A stretch of DNA of 27,390 nt from Nanobdellota archaeon (GCA_038046385.1 JBBSWH010000014.1:1-27390), one strand, 5' to 3'. Shown: positions 1-9,431, counted from the stretch's first letter. The notes: generated by a model from the sequence alone, not told the origin. Translations and numbers: made by a program.

Positions 1-2
1 AA

Positions 3-3000
3 TTAAATGTAAAAACAGAAAAATATCTAGAGAAAGCAGACAAAAACGAGCAAAATAATTTTATTGTAAAGTTCAAGAACAGCATTGATGATTCTAAACT
101 TAGCAAATTTGATACAGAGAAGAAATATAATCGCTTCAATGCTGTAAAATTGTCTGGCAAGATAAAAGATATAGAATCGCTTTTAAATGACAATTCTGTT
201 TCTTATATCGAATTGGATCAAGAAACCTCTGTTCTTGATTATTATTATGGCTATTCTGATGTTGTAAGCCAAAATATTGTAAAAACAAATGCCTTGAATG
301 CGTGGAATTTTACAAAAGGGAATGGAGTTAAAATTGGAATTCTTGACACTGGAATTTCACCGCATAGTGATTTAAATATTGCTGGCGGAAATTCTATGGT
401 TAGTAATAATTTTAGCGATGCAAATGGGCACGGAACTGCTGTTGATGGAGTTGTTTCCTCTGTCTTGAACAATTATGGAAACGCTGGAGTTGTGCCTTCT
501 GCTTCAATTTATGCTGTCAAGATAATGAATGGTTCTTATGGCTCTCTTTCTGATGCTATATCTGGAGTTGAGTGGGCTATTGACAATAATATGTCAATAG
601 TTTTGATGAGTTTTGGAATGGAAACCTATTCGCAGATATTCAAGGAAGTTTTGGATGATGCTTATGCGCATAATATATTATTAATAGCCGCTTCCGGCAA
701 CAACGGTCAGGATAATATCCTATATCCTGCAAGGTATTCTTCTGTTGTTGCAGTCGGGGCAGTTGATTCTTTCAATGATTTGACTTCTTTTTCGTCTTAC
801 GGGTTTGAGCAGGAGCTGGTTGCTGATGGAGTTAATGTTAATACTACATGGCTGAATAATCAGTATAACATGTTGTCTGGAACTTCTCTTGCTGCGCCGC
901 ATGTTGCAGGCGTTGCTGCCTTGATTAAGGCTTACAATAATTCTTTAACTAATAATCAGATAAGAGGCAAGTTGCAGAATGATGCTTTAGATTTAGGTTC
1001 TTCTGGAAAGGATGATTATTACGGATTTGGATTGGTGCAGGCTAATTTGTATACTACAAATTATACGCTTGTGAATTTGTCTTATTTTTATGAGATATTC
1101 AACATTTCGGATTATGGAATGCCTAACATCAGTTATAGATTCTGGTTAAATGGGACTGGGACAACGGATGATACTCAGTTTATGCCAGGTTACTATTTGG
1201 CTAATATAACTTATCAGGCTGGGAATAAAAAATCATTCAATTATTTTGTGAATGAAAATGGCACAATTTACAGTTTAATAGACCTTGCAAATCTATCAGA
1301 TGACTACACAATCGCTTGCCCAACTGGGGTTGATTGCAGGCATGATCATATAGTTTTCAAAAACGGATTGTTGCAAGTGTTGGTTATACCCCAACCCGAA
1401 GATGCAAGTTCTAGAGTGGCTGACTGTGTTGATTTTCAAAATAATAACAATGAGGATGAATGTTATGGCACTCAATCCAATTTAAATTCATGTAGCAGCG
1501 CAGATTCCTTTTTTGATACTCATTGCCAAGAAGCCAATAGCTGCCAGACTTTTGGAACTTCCCTTGGCAAGCATACAATGCCTACTTCTACCTCCAAGCA
1601 TGATGATGTCGTGACTTTTTACTGTTATGATACTGGTCCGAGCTATGACCATAATGCCCAAGCATTGCAGGATTATTATATTTGCAGTTCCCGCCAATAT
1701 GTATGCACAAGCTCTTCACAATATGCCGACAGGTGCTTTTATACTGGTGGCACAATTGATATAGGGACTGTAACGTGTTCTGCTGGGACTACATGCGATT
1801 CAAATGCTGATGAGGGAAATGCAGACTTTGGATCTAGCGGAACAAGTATACCATCTTCTCCATGTAATTCAGGGCAAACAACGTCTCTTTGCAACGGAAC
1901 GATATCAGTGATAGTGAGCGATTCCAAAGGCGTTCCGAAAAGTGGCTCGTATGTTTACAATAACGGGCTTTTTAACGGCACAACAGATAATGATGGGGCT
2001 AGGAATATTGATTATAAAAATGCCGTATGTGGCAATTCACAATCCATTGATGTTTACTGCAGCGACAATGCAACTTATTGTGGCACCAAATCAAGCACTA
2101 TAGATAGCAATAATGATTATGATTCTTTGCTGTTTAGCTGCGATATTTGCATTAATAAGACAGATTTGTCAATAAAAACTTCGGATGTTACAATAAAACA
2201 ACAAGGCACAAAATACAACATCACAGCATTAATTAATGTTGAAAAAGCTACATCAAGCAACGTGGTTGTTGACTTTAGAGGACAGAATCTGCAAAATCAG
2301 CCAACAATAAACGAGTCCAAGATAATTTCAGTTTCTCCGTATGTTAACCAAAATACATCAGTTTTGTGGGATATCAATAGCACAGACTTTGTCTCAATAA
2401 CTGTTGATTTTACAAATAAAATTGCAGAAACAGATGAAAATAACAATTACATTAAAAAAACCACAAGACCATTAACTAAGGCTTACTTAGATGTTAACAC
2501 TGATTATTCTGTTTTAAGCTCGGTTTATCAAAATTTCCTTGATGATTACATTGATTTAGTTTCTGAAGCTAACGCTGAAGTTAAGATTTATGTCGGGAGG
2601 AAGAATACAAATATACCAAAAAACTCTGAACAAATTTCTGATAAACAAAGATGGGAATTAAGGGATAACCTAGTAAGATTTAATTCAAAAAAAGAAGGCT
2701 TGCCTTACAATGGAATAATTGTAAGGAAAAACAATAATATTTACATCTTTGGCAATGATATTGACGGCGAGATAGCTGCATTAAGAAAATTGGTTGATAA
2801 CAGAGAGTACTATTTCAGTAAGAATGTTAATGAAAAAGTAGATTACATTTCTGAAGAAAGTCTGGATGGAATTTTTGTATTTGATTATCTGCATACGGAT
2901 GAGAACCAGCCTAAGTATAGGAAGAATGATAATAATTTTGCTAATGTTGTTTTGAACGTGTTGAATAGTGATGTTTCTACTTTGTCTATTAAAAGAGTTC

Positions 3001-3971
3001 TTACGACGAATGATAACACTTCTCTAAGATTGAAGCATATAAACGCAGAACTATCCCCTAAGTTCCAGCAGTTTGCGAATCCACAGCCGGTTGTTCTGGC
3101 GAGGGGGTTATGGTCTAACTTGTTCAGCTGGGAAAAGTTTGGATTTGAGATTGCCCGAGGTGAGGGAACGAACAAGCCGCGAGACACTTGGCTGATTGAG
3201 ATCACAGGTGGGCCTAATACAGAATGTGCAAACTGCCCGAATTATAATTACAATGATTTAATTCAGTATTATTGGCCAGCGTTAATTTCTGGTGTACAAG
3301 CATATTCAAATAAAACAAATATTACCTATATTGGTTTTAGCAATGGATGTAGAACTGCACTTTCAAGTTTGGAGTTATATAACTCCAATGGAAAAGTAAA
3401 TGCTGGCTATTATAATAATGGAAGCGAATGGAAACTAACTAATTTATCTTCGCATCCGGTTGAGAGATTTATAGGAGTTGGCTGTCCTGGCGCATTCAAT
3501 GGAAGCTCTGCCTTTAGTGAAAGTTTTGGAGAACATGGTCAAAATGTGCTTGATTATTTTATAAACAATGGCCAAACCCATATTACTCAAAAGGATGTAG
3601 GTTTAAGGCTGCAGGAAAGATGTGGTTTGTTTGAACCTAAGTGTAGAGAAGCGGCAATTAGTTTACAAACTAATGAAAATACCAATATATCTAGAAACCT
3701 AGCTGCTGACTATTTGAATTTTATAAATGACTTATCCTATATACAGCCCGGGTTGAATGTTTTCTTACCGAGATTTATGATAATCTATGGGGAACACCCC
3801 CATGGGTTTGAAGAAGGTAGTGATGGAGTAACTACAGAGGAAGATGCTTTTGGTATTCTAACTGTAGTTAATGCAACTTCAGAAGGAATATTAAAGATAC
3901 CTGGCATTGACCATAACCAATTAGTTGGAAATTATTTTACAGAGTTATCTATAAGGAGGAATTTAGAATGA
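3..3971 (+). CDS. 5'-truncated multidomain secreted protein: I9-like propeptide, S8 subtilisin, Cys-rich region, CARDB-like Ig domain, C-terminal alpha/beta-hydrolase (lipase-like)
   Basis: The frame is open from base 3 (LNVKTEKY...NFIVKFKNS...YNRFNAVKLSG), so the true start is upstream of the window and the track's TTG at 150 is internal. S8 motifs: ILDTG, NGHGT, AASGN, SGTSLAAPHVAG. About 20 Cys lie in ~1315-2150. CARDB-like VDFTNKIAETDENNN. Hydrolase motifs: VVLARG, YIGFSNG (GxSxG), SDGV, IDHNQL. Confidence 0.88.
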   Translation, partial: LNVKTEKYLEKADKNEQNNFIVKFKNSIDDSKLSKFDTEKKYNRFNAVKLSGKIKDIESLLNDNSVSYIELDQETSVLDYYYGYSDVVSQNIVKTNALNAWNFTKGNGVKIGILDTGISPHSDLNIAGGNSMVSNNFSDANGHGTAVDGVVSSVLNNYGNAGVVPSASIYAVKIMNGSYGSLSDAISGVEWAIDNNMSIVLMSFGMETYSQIFKEVLDDAYAHNILLIAASGNNGQDNILYPARYSSVVAVGAVDSFNDLTSFSSYGFEQELVADGVNVNTTWLNNQYNMLSGTSLAAPHVAGVAALIKAYNNSLTNNQIRGKLQNDALDLGSSGKDDYYGFGLVQANLYTTNYTLVNLSYFYEIFNISDYGMPNISYRFWLNGTGTTDDTQFMPGYYLANITYQAGNKKSFNYFVNENGTIYSLIDLANLSDDYTIACPTGVDCRHDHIVFKNGLLQVLVIPQPEDASSRVADCVDFQNNNNEDECYGTQSNLNSCSSADSFFDTHCQEANSCQTFGTSLGKHTMPTSTSKHDDVVTFYCYDTGPSYDHNAQALQDYYICSSRQYVCTSSSQYADRCFYTGGTIDIGTVTCSAGTTCDSNADEGNADFGSSGTSIPSSPCNSGQTTSLCNGTISVIVSDSKGVPKSGSYVYNNGLFNGTTDNDGARNIDYKNAVCGNSQSIDVYCSDNATYCGTKSSTIDSNNDYDSLLFSCDICINKTDLSIKTSDVTIKQQGTKYNITALINVEKATSSNVVVDFRGQNLQNQPTINESKIISVSPYVNQNTSVLWDINSTDFVSITVDFTNKIAETDENNNYIKKTTRPLTKAYLDVNTDYSVLSSVYQNFLDDYIDLVSEANAEVKIYVGRKNTNIPKNSEQISDKQRWELRDNLVRFNSKKEGLPYNGIIVRKNNNIYIFGNDIDGEIAALRKLVDNREYYFSKNVNEKVDYISEESLDGIFVFDYLHTDENQPKYRKNDNNFANVVLNVLNSDVSTLSIKRVLTTNDNTSLRLKHINAELSPKFQQFANPQPVVLARGLWSNLFSWEKFGFEIARGEGTNKPRDTWLIEITGGPNTECANCPNYNYNDLIQYYWPALISGVQAYSNKTNITYIGFSNGCRTALSSLELYNSNGKVNAGYYNNGSEWKLTNLSSHPVERFIGVGCPGAFNGSSAFSESFGEHGQNVLDYFINNGQTHITQKDVGLRLQERCGLFEPKCREAAISLQTNENTNISRNLAADYLNFINDLSYIQPGLNVFLPRFMIIYGEHPHGFEEGSDGVTTEEDAFGILTVVNATSEGILKIPGIDHNQLVGNYFTELSIRRNLE

Positions 3972-4408
3972 TGGACAAAAACTTAGTTAAAAAAAATAGA
4001 ATATTTTTAATGTTTTTTCTTATAGGGGTTGTGGCTATAGTTAATTTTATTTTTTATATAGGCATTTCAAAAAAGAATGCTCCTTTGAGTGCATTTGATA
4101 ATGCACAATATTGTGTTAACTCAATTTTTTCAGTGCTTACATTAATCCCGTACTATATTTTACAGTTTGTTCCATATTTTAAGTCCCATATAAGTGTTAT
4201 AGATCTAACCACAATTCCAATTATTTTGTACTCAATCGTATTTTTAATATTTTATATAGCCATAGGATTAATTTTAAATTGGGTATACAATAAAAATAAA
4301 ATTTTATACAAGAAAATTATAATTTTATTAATAATAATTTTTGTCATAATGGTTATTGTATATTCCTATATTGGATGTTTTTTTAAACTAAGTGGTGTTG
4401 AGCTATGA
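3968..4408 (+). CDS. Small multi-pass membrane protein (about 4 TM), putative immunity/partner protein 1
   Basis: 146 aa, strongly hydrophobic and very AT-rich. ATGA overlap with the upstream stop and an AGGAGG ribosome-binding site just before the start. Confidence 0.72.
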   Translation: MMDKNLVKKNRIFLMFFLIGVVAIVNFIFYIGISKKNAPLSAFDNAQYCVNSIFSVLTLIPYYILQFVPYFKSHISVIDLTTIPIILYSIVFLIFYIAIGLILNWVYNKNKILYKKIIILLIIIFVIMVIVYSYIGCFFKLSGVEL

Positions 4409-6171
4409 TAAAACAAAGTAATTATTTAATTGACAAAGTAAACTCCCCAAAGATAGTCGTTGACTTTAGAGGACAAAACTTACAAAATCAACTAACAATA
4501 AACGAGTCCAAGACAATTTCCGTTTCTCCATATGTAAATCAAAATGTTTCCGTGTTGTGGGATACTAATTCGACTGACTTCGTTTCAATAAGTGTAGATT
4601 TCAAAAATACTGTTGCAGAAACCGACGAAAATAATAATTATGTAAAGAAAACAACAAGGGATCCCATCAATGCGAATATTAATGTTGCAGTTGATTATCC
4701 TGTATTGTCCGGCACAATACAAAACTTTCTAGGACAGTATGTCAATATAGTTACAAGCGGACAAGATGTCAATATATATGTCGGCAGAAAAAACAGCAAT
4801 ATTCCTAAAAATGAACAAACTACTAAAAATCAAAAATGGGAGTTAAAAAATAATCTAGTAAGGTTTAACAGCAAGCAGGAAGGCCTACCTTACAACGGAA
4901 TCGTTGTAAGGAAAAATAATAACATCTACGTTTTCGGAAATGATATTGATGGTGATATCGCCGCGCTGAGAAAGCTTGTTGCAAATCAGCAATTTTATTT
5001 TAGCAAATCTGCGGCTAACAAAGTTGACTACATAGGCGAAGAAAGTTTAGATGGTATTTTTGTATTTGATTATCTGCATACGGATGAGAACCAGCCTAAG
5101 TATAGGAAGAATGACAACAATTTCGCAACAGTTGTTTTGAATGTCTTGAATTCTGATGTTTCTACATTATCGATTAAAAGAGTTTTGACGACTAATGATA
5201 ATACCTCTTTGAGATTGAAGCATATTAATGCTGAATTATCGCCTAAGTTTCAGCAGTTTTCCAATCCGCAACCAGTTGTGCTGGCAGCTGGGTTACATAA
5301 TAACTTGTTCACTTGGGAAGATTTTGGCTTGGAATTATCAAAAGGCATAAGAACAAAAAACATCAGAGATACGTGGCTTATAGAAATTACAGGTGGACCT
5401 AATACTGAATGTAAAACTTGCCCTAATTATGATTTTAATGATTTGATAACTTACTATTTTCCAGCATTACTAGCAGGAGTCCAAAAGTATTCGAACAAAA
5501 CTAATTTAACTTATGTTGGATTTTCTAATGGGTGCAGAACTGCACTAAGTTCTTTAGAACTATACCAAAATGCTGGCAAAACTAATGCGGGCTACTACAA
5601 TAGTGGTACAGACTGGTTGGATATGAATTTATCAGCAAATCCAATAGGTACTTTTGTTGCTGTTGGTTGTCCTGGTGCTTTTGAAGGAGATTCCCCATTT
5701 AAAACCTATTTTAGTAAATATTATAACCAAATCCATAGTGTACTGTTAAAGGATAATCTTACACATGTTGATGCCGATAGACTAGGCAAATACCTTTTAA
5801 GTTATTGTTTATTAAATGGTGACTCGTCAGCTTGCACTACTGCTGCAGAAAAATATAGTGGAGATTATAATATATCATTAAACCTTGCTAAACAATATGG
5901 AGATTGGATGGCATACTCAAATGACAGTCAACCCGGTCTCGGCTTGAGTTTCAATAATTTTGAAATGGTTTATGGAAAACTACCTCCAATAATAGACTTT
6001 TTTGCTCCCGGGTCAAGTGATGGTGTGGTAACAGTAGATGATTCCAATTCTATTTATTATGTCATAAATTCAAATAATAAACGATCTCAGCTCATAAATA
6101 AAAAAACCCATGCTGAGTTAAGAGAAGATGAAAAAATGAGAGACTCTGTCGAGGATTTTATTAACAGGTGA
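4405..6171 (+). CDS. N-truncated paralogous cassette: partial CARDB, conserved linker and alpha/beta-hydrolase with a variant C-terminus
   Basis: Aligns with the 3..3971 protein from VVDFRGQNLQNQ to GCPGAF, then diverges. Retains YVGFSNG, SDGV and KTHAEL. No signal peptide and no protease domain. Confidence 0.85.
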   Translation: MIKQSNYLIDKVNSPKIVVDFRGQNLQNQLTINESKTISVSPYVNQNVSVLWDTNSTDFVSISVDFKNTVAETDENNNYVKKTTRDPINANINVAVDYPVLSGTIQNFLGQYVNIVTSGQDVNIYVGRKNSNIPKNEQTTKNQKWELKNNLVRFNSKQEGLPYNGIVVRKNNNIYVFGNDIDGDIAALRKLVANQQFYFSKSAANKVDYIGEESLDGIFVFDYLHTDENQPKYRKNDNNFATVVLNVLNSDVSTLSIKRVLTTNDNTSLRLKHINAELSPKFQQFSNPQPVVLAAGLHNNLFTWEDFGLELSKGIRTKNIRDTWLIEITGGPNTECKTCPNYDFNDLITYYFPALLAGVQKYSNKTNLTYVGFSNGCRTALSSLELYQNAGKTNAGYYNSGTDWLDMNLSANPIGTFVAVGCPGAFEGDSPFKTYFSKYYNQIHSVLLKDNLTHVDADRLGKYLLSYCLLNGDSSACTTAAEKYSGDYNISLNLAKQYGDWMAYSNDSQPGLGLSFNNFEMVYGKLPPIIDFFAPGSSDGVVTVDDSNSIYYVINSNNKRSQLINKKTHAELREDEKMRDSVEDFINR

Positions 6172-6177
6172 TGAAGA

Positions 6178-6465
6178 ATGAAAATAATAAATATAAGATT
6201 TTTAGGAATTTTGCTTGGTAGTGTATATTCTATAATTATTTGGGTATCTTTTAACGCTGGGGATGTAGATAAAATAGTTAGGAACGTATCTATAATATTC
6301 AATTTATTTTTAGGTATGGTTTCGTCTTTTATTTATACAAAATATAAAAAAATGTTTTATATTAGTTTATTGGCTTTAACAATTATCTCCCTATTATTGA
6401 TTATTGGGGCAATTTATTATTATTGTTGTGTTGATTTCAGCGGTATATTAAAAGGTGGTTGGTAA
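6178..6465 (+). CDS. Small membrane protein (about 3 TM), putative immunity/partner protein 2
   Basis: 95 aa, hydrophobic and AT-rich, directly after cassette 2 with an AGGTGA RBS. Its C-terminal half weakly resembles the 3968..4408 protein. Confidence 0.7.
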   Translation: MKIINIRFLGILLGSVYSIIIWVSFNAGDVDKIVRNVSIIFNLFLGMVSSFIYTKYKKMFYISLLALTIISLLLIIGAIYYYCCVDFSGILKGGW

Positions 6466-7097
6466 TGTGTTTCAAACAAAAGTTTAGAAAAGTTTTGGTT
6501 GATGCAACCAACATTAACTTGGCAAAAAATATAGAATATAAGAATGCAGTCTGCGGGAATGTACAAACAATATCAATTTCCTGCAATGACAATGTTACAT
6601 TCTGCGATTCAAAAACTTCAACACTTGACAACAATAATGATTATGATTCATTATCGTTTACTTGTGATATATGCATAAATAAAACTGATTTGTCAATTAA
6701 ATCTACTGATGTTACAATAAAACAACAAGGCACAAAATACAATATCACGGCATTAATCAACGTCGAGAAAGTAACTTCAAGTAGTGTAGTTGTTGATTTC
6801 AGAGGGCAGAACTCACAAAATCAGATAACAATAAATGAATCAAAAACTATTTCAGTTTCTCCTTATGCCAACCAAAATATATCAGTTTTGTGGGATATCA
6901 ACTCAACTGACTTTGTTTCAATAACTGTTGATTTTAAGAATGTAATAGCAGAAACAGACGAGAACAATAATTACATTAAAAAAACTACAAGACCTTTAAC
7001 CAAAGCTTATGTTAGCATAGCTACTGATTATTCTGTATTATCTGGCACAATTTCCAACTATTTATGGCAGTATAAAAATATAGGGGGTTATGCATGA
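6465..7097 (+). pseudogene. Third, doubly truncated cassette (end of Cys region + CARDB), with no hydrolase domain
   Basis: NIEYKNAVCGN...CDICINKTDLSIK...RPLTKAY matches ~2003-2540 of the first gene. The likely start is ATG 6465 (TAATG overlap, AGGTGG RBS). It ends abruptly at YKNIGGYA and may still be translated. Confidence 0.7.
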
Positions 7098-9403
7098 ATA
7101 ATAAATTATTTTTTATAATTAGTATCTGCATAATCCTTCTAGCTTCTGCTACATACGGCATTACCTTGGATGAGCTTCTGGATTCCTATAATTTTGGCTA
7201 CAGCGACGGGACTATAAATGTCACCAATTTCGCAGATTATATGGTTGACTCAAATGCAAACGGAAAAAATGATACCCTTATCATAAATCTTACTGTAAAT
7301 TCAACAATTGCTGATTATTTTGATTTATATATTGATTTGTCAGAGGACAACGGAATTATTTCAAATAAGGTTAATGTGAGCTTAGCCAACGGAATATCTT
7401 ATGTTAATATTAATTTTGATGCAAATTTATTTAGCAAGAAAAAATATAACTACTCTATAAGGATTTATAATTCTACAAATGTTCTTGATTACAGTGTGTA
7501 CAATCTAGAAACCGGCAGCTACGGTGGATTTGAAAACGGCACAAACATAATAAAAATAACGGACGAAAATATAGACAATAGTTATATTAGAATTAATCTA
7601 ACGCTAAATGCCACTTCCTCACAAAATGCGAATATCACAGCTTATTTGAAATTCAATGATACAACCATAAGCAGCACTAAAGAAGCAACATTAAATGCCG
7701 GAATTCAGACAGTTTCCTTGATTTTTGACAACGAAACTATAAAATCCACGCATTATATTGGAAATTTCACTTTGAATTCTGTATTGATTGGGAGAAAATC
7801 TTTTAGCACGGAATACAGCACCTATGCTTATAGTTTCAAGGACTTTGCCAAAACATCTTATGTGGCAAATTACAGCAACTCTGGAATTGACACCAATGAA
7901 AACAATCTGTCAGAGTATCTTGAAATAAATTTCACAATTGATGCAAAAAATGCGAACACATACGAAATACAAGCTGAAATGTATAATGAATTTAATGAAT
8001 TTGTAAAGAATTTATCACAAATAGAAAGCTTATCTTCAGGCATTCAAACCGTAACAATAAGGCTAAACGGCTCTGACATTTATGCCACTAAAATAAATGG
8101 GCCTTACCTATTGTCTATTGTTAAATTGATTGAAGGAGTAAACATAACGGATACTCAGTTTAATGCGTATACTATAACAAATTTAACATATACTGATTTT
8201 GAAAGGCCGCCATTGCCGGATTTAGAGGTTAATCTTACTGCAGTATTTAATCAGACCACTAACACAAGCAATATTTTTGTGAATATAACTAATACTGGAG
8301 AAGCCAGCGCTTTTAATATAAATCTGGATTTGTTTAATAATGAAACTTTTTCAATAACCAACAGCACGAATATTTTAGATCCAAATCAATCGATATTGTT
8401 AGGTTATATAATAGCTAACACTTCTAATGTTACATTGTTCACTACCATAGCAGACTTCGACAATCTTGTGGATGAAAGCAACGAATCAAACAATATAGCG
8501 CAAAACACGCCAGAACAGATCGTATCATTAAACATAGAGTCAATAAATATAGTTTACTCTAATTCCACTCTAAGAATATTTGAATTCATCATCTTAAATG
8601 ATGGAGATACAACAGTATCAAATGTGCAATGGCAGTTCGACACTGGCGACAATTACATCATAAACAGCACTTCCAACATAAGCTCTTTGACAGCAGGGGA
8701 AAAGACTTTTGTATATGTTCAATATAACTACAGCGGCGATGGCAGCTACAGCATAAACGCAAGCGCATCCGGAATAAGCCAAAACAGCGAAATAACCAAT
8801 TCTTTGGTTCAAACGCTGGAAATAGGTAATCTCTTAATAACTGGCTTTGACGCTATAAATATTGACGGGGCAAAGGCTATTTTTGAAATAGATGCAAAGA
8901 ACGTTGCAGATGGTCTGATAGAAGGAATTAACTGGTCAATAGACACGAATAAGGATGTAATTTTGCAATCAATCCAGCAGTTTAATCTTGATTCAGGAGA
9001 AACAATCTTCATATTTGTGCAGCATGATTATGCATCAGGAGGAACTTACACCCCGATAGCAGCCATAGCAAGCGCTGCTCATTCAAGCACTAAAGCCGCT
9101 TCTGTCACGCTGCAATACATCAATATAAACAATCTTATAGTATTGGATGAGAATAACAACAAAAGATTGTTTGGCTTTGATATTGAAAACGGGTTAAGCA
9201 TAAATCTTACAAATGTAAACTGGACTTTTGACACAAAAAACAGCAACATTATAAACGCAACGTCAAATATCTTGCTTCAGCCATCAGAAAAGGTGTTTGT
9301 GTACATTGACTACAATTTCACACAGGCAGGCTCTTATAATATCAATGCCACTGCGAGGAATGGGACTCTGTTGGACTACAGGAATGCAACAGTGGTTATA
9401 TAA
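7094..9403 (+). CDS. Secreted/surface glycoprotein with repeated beta-sandwich domains (CARDB and PKD-like)
   Basis: Signal peptide MNNKLFFIISICIILLASA. Two repeats carry DxNxN loops (DSNANGKND, DTNENNLSE). CARDB motifs PDLEVN...ADFDNLVDESNESNN. Three C-terminal repeats with W-x-[FI]-DT...GE/EK-x-F-[VI]-[YF]. Many N-x-S/T sequons. Confidence 0.8.
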   Translation: MNNKLFFIISICIILLASATYGITLDELLDSYNFGYSDGTINVTNFADYMVDSNANGKNDTLIINLTVNSTIADYFDLYIDLSEDNGIISNKVNVSLANGISYVNINFDANLFSKKKYNYSIRIYNSTNVLDYSVYNLETGSYGGFENGTNIIKITDENIDNSYIRINLTLNATSSQNANITAYLKFNDTTISSTKEATLNAGIQTVSLIFDNETIKSTHYIGNFTLNSVLIGRKSFSTEYSTYAYSFKDFAKTSYVANYSNSGIDTNENNLSEYLEINFTIDAKNANTYEIQAEMYNEFNEFVKNLSQIESLSSGIQTVTIRLNGSDIYATKINGPYLLSIVKLIEGVNITDTQFNAYTITNLTYTDFERPPLPDLEVNLTAVFNQTTNTSNIFVNITNTGEASAFNINLDLFNNETFSITNSTNILDPNQSILLGYIIANTSNVTLFTTIADFDNLVDESNESNNIAQNTPEQIVSLNIESINIVYSNSTLRIFEFIILNDGDTTVSNVQWQFDTGDNYIINSTSNISSLTAGEKTFVYVQYNYSGDGSYSINASASGISQNSEITNSLVQTLEIGNLLITGFDAINIDGAKAIFEIDAKNVADGLIEGINWSIDTNKDVILQSIQQFNLDSGETIFIFVQHDYASGGTYTPIAAIASAAHSSTKAASVTLQYININNLIVLDENNNKRLFGFDIENGLSINLTNVNWTFDTKNSNIINATSNILLQPSEKVFVYIDYNFTQAGSYNINATARNGTLLDYRNATVVI

Positions 9404-9431
9404 GGATTAGCATAGGCTTATGCGCCGAAGC

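Larger units (their letters stand above)
2003..7075 (+). repeat. Three dispersed paralogous segments (~2003-3500, ~4450-5685, ~6525-7075)
   Basis: Protein-level near identity and DNA-level identity, e.g. an exact 59-bp match between 2871-2929 and 5056-5114. Boundaries are approximate. Confidence 0.9.

Noticed and set aside
150-152. TTG as the start of the S8 gene
   Set aside because: The frame is open to the window edge and encodes propeptide-like sequence, so the real start is upstream.
430-455. HGTAVDG instead of the usual HGTHVAG, suggesting an inactive protease
   Set aside because: The catalytic Asp, His and Ser and the oxyanion Asn are all present. The D is one base from A (GAT/GCT) and cannot be interpreted without reads.
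2003-7097. Diversity-generating retroelement TR/VR pair
   Set aside because: There is no reverse transcriptase in the window, and the differences between copies are mostly synonymous and not adenine-specific.
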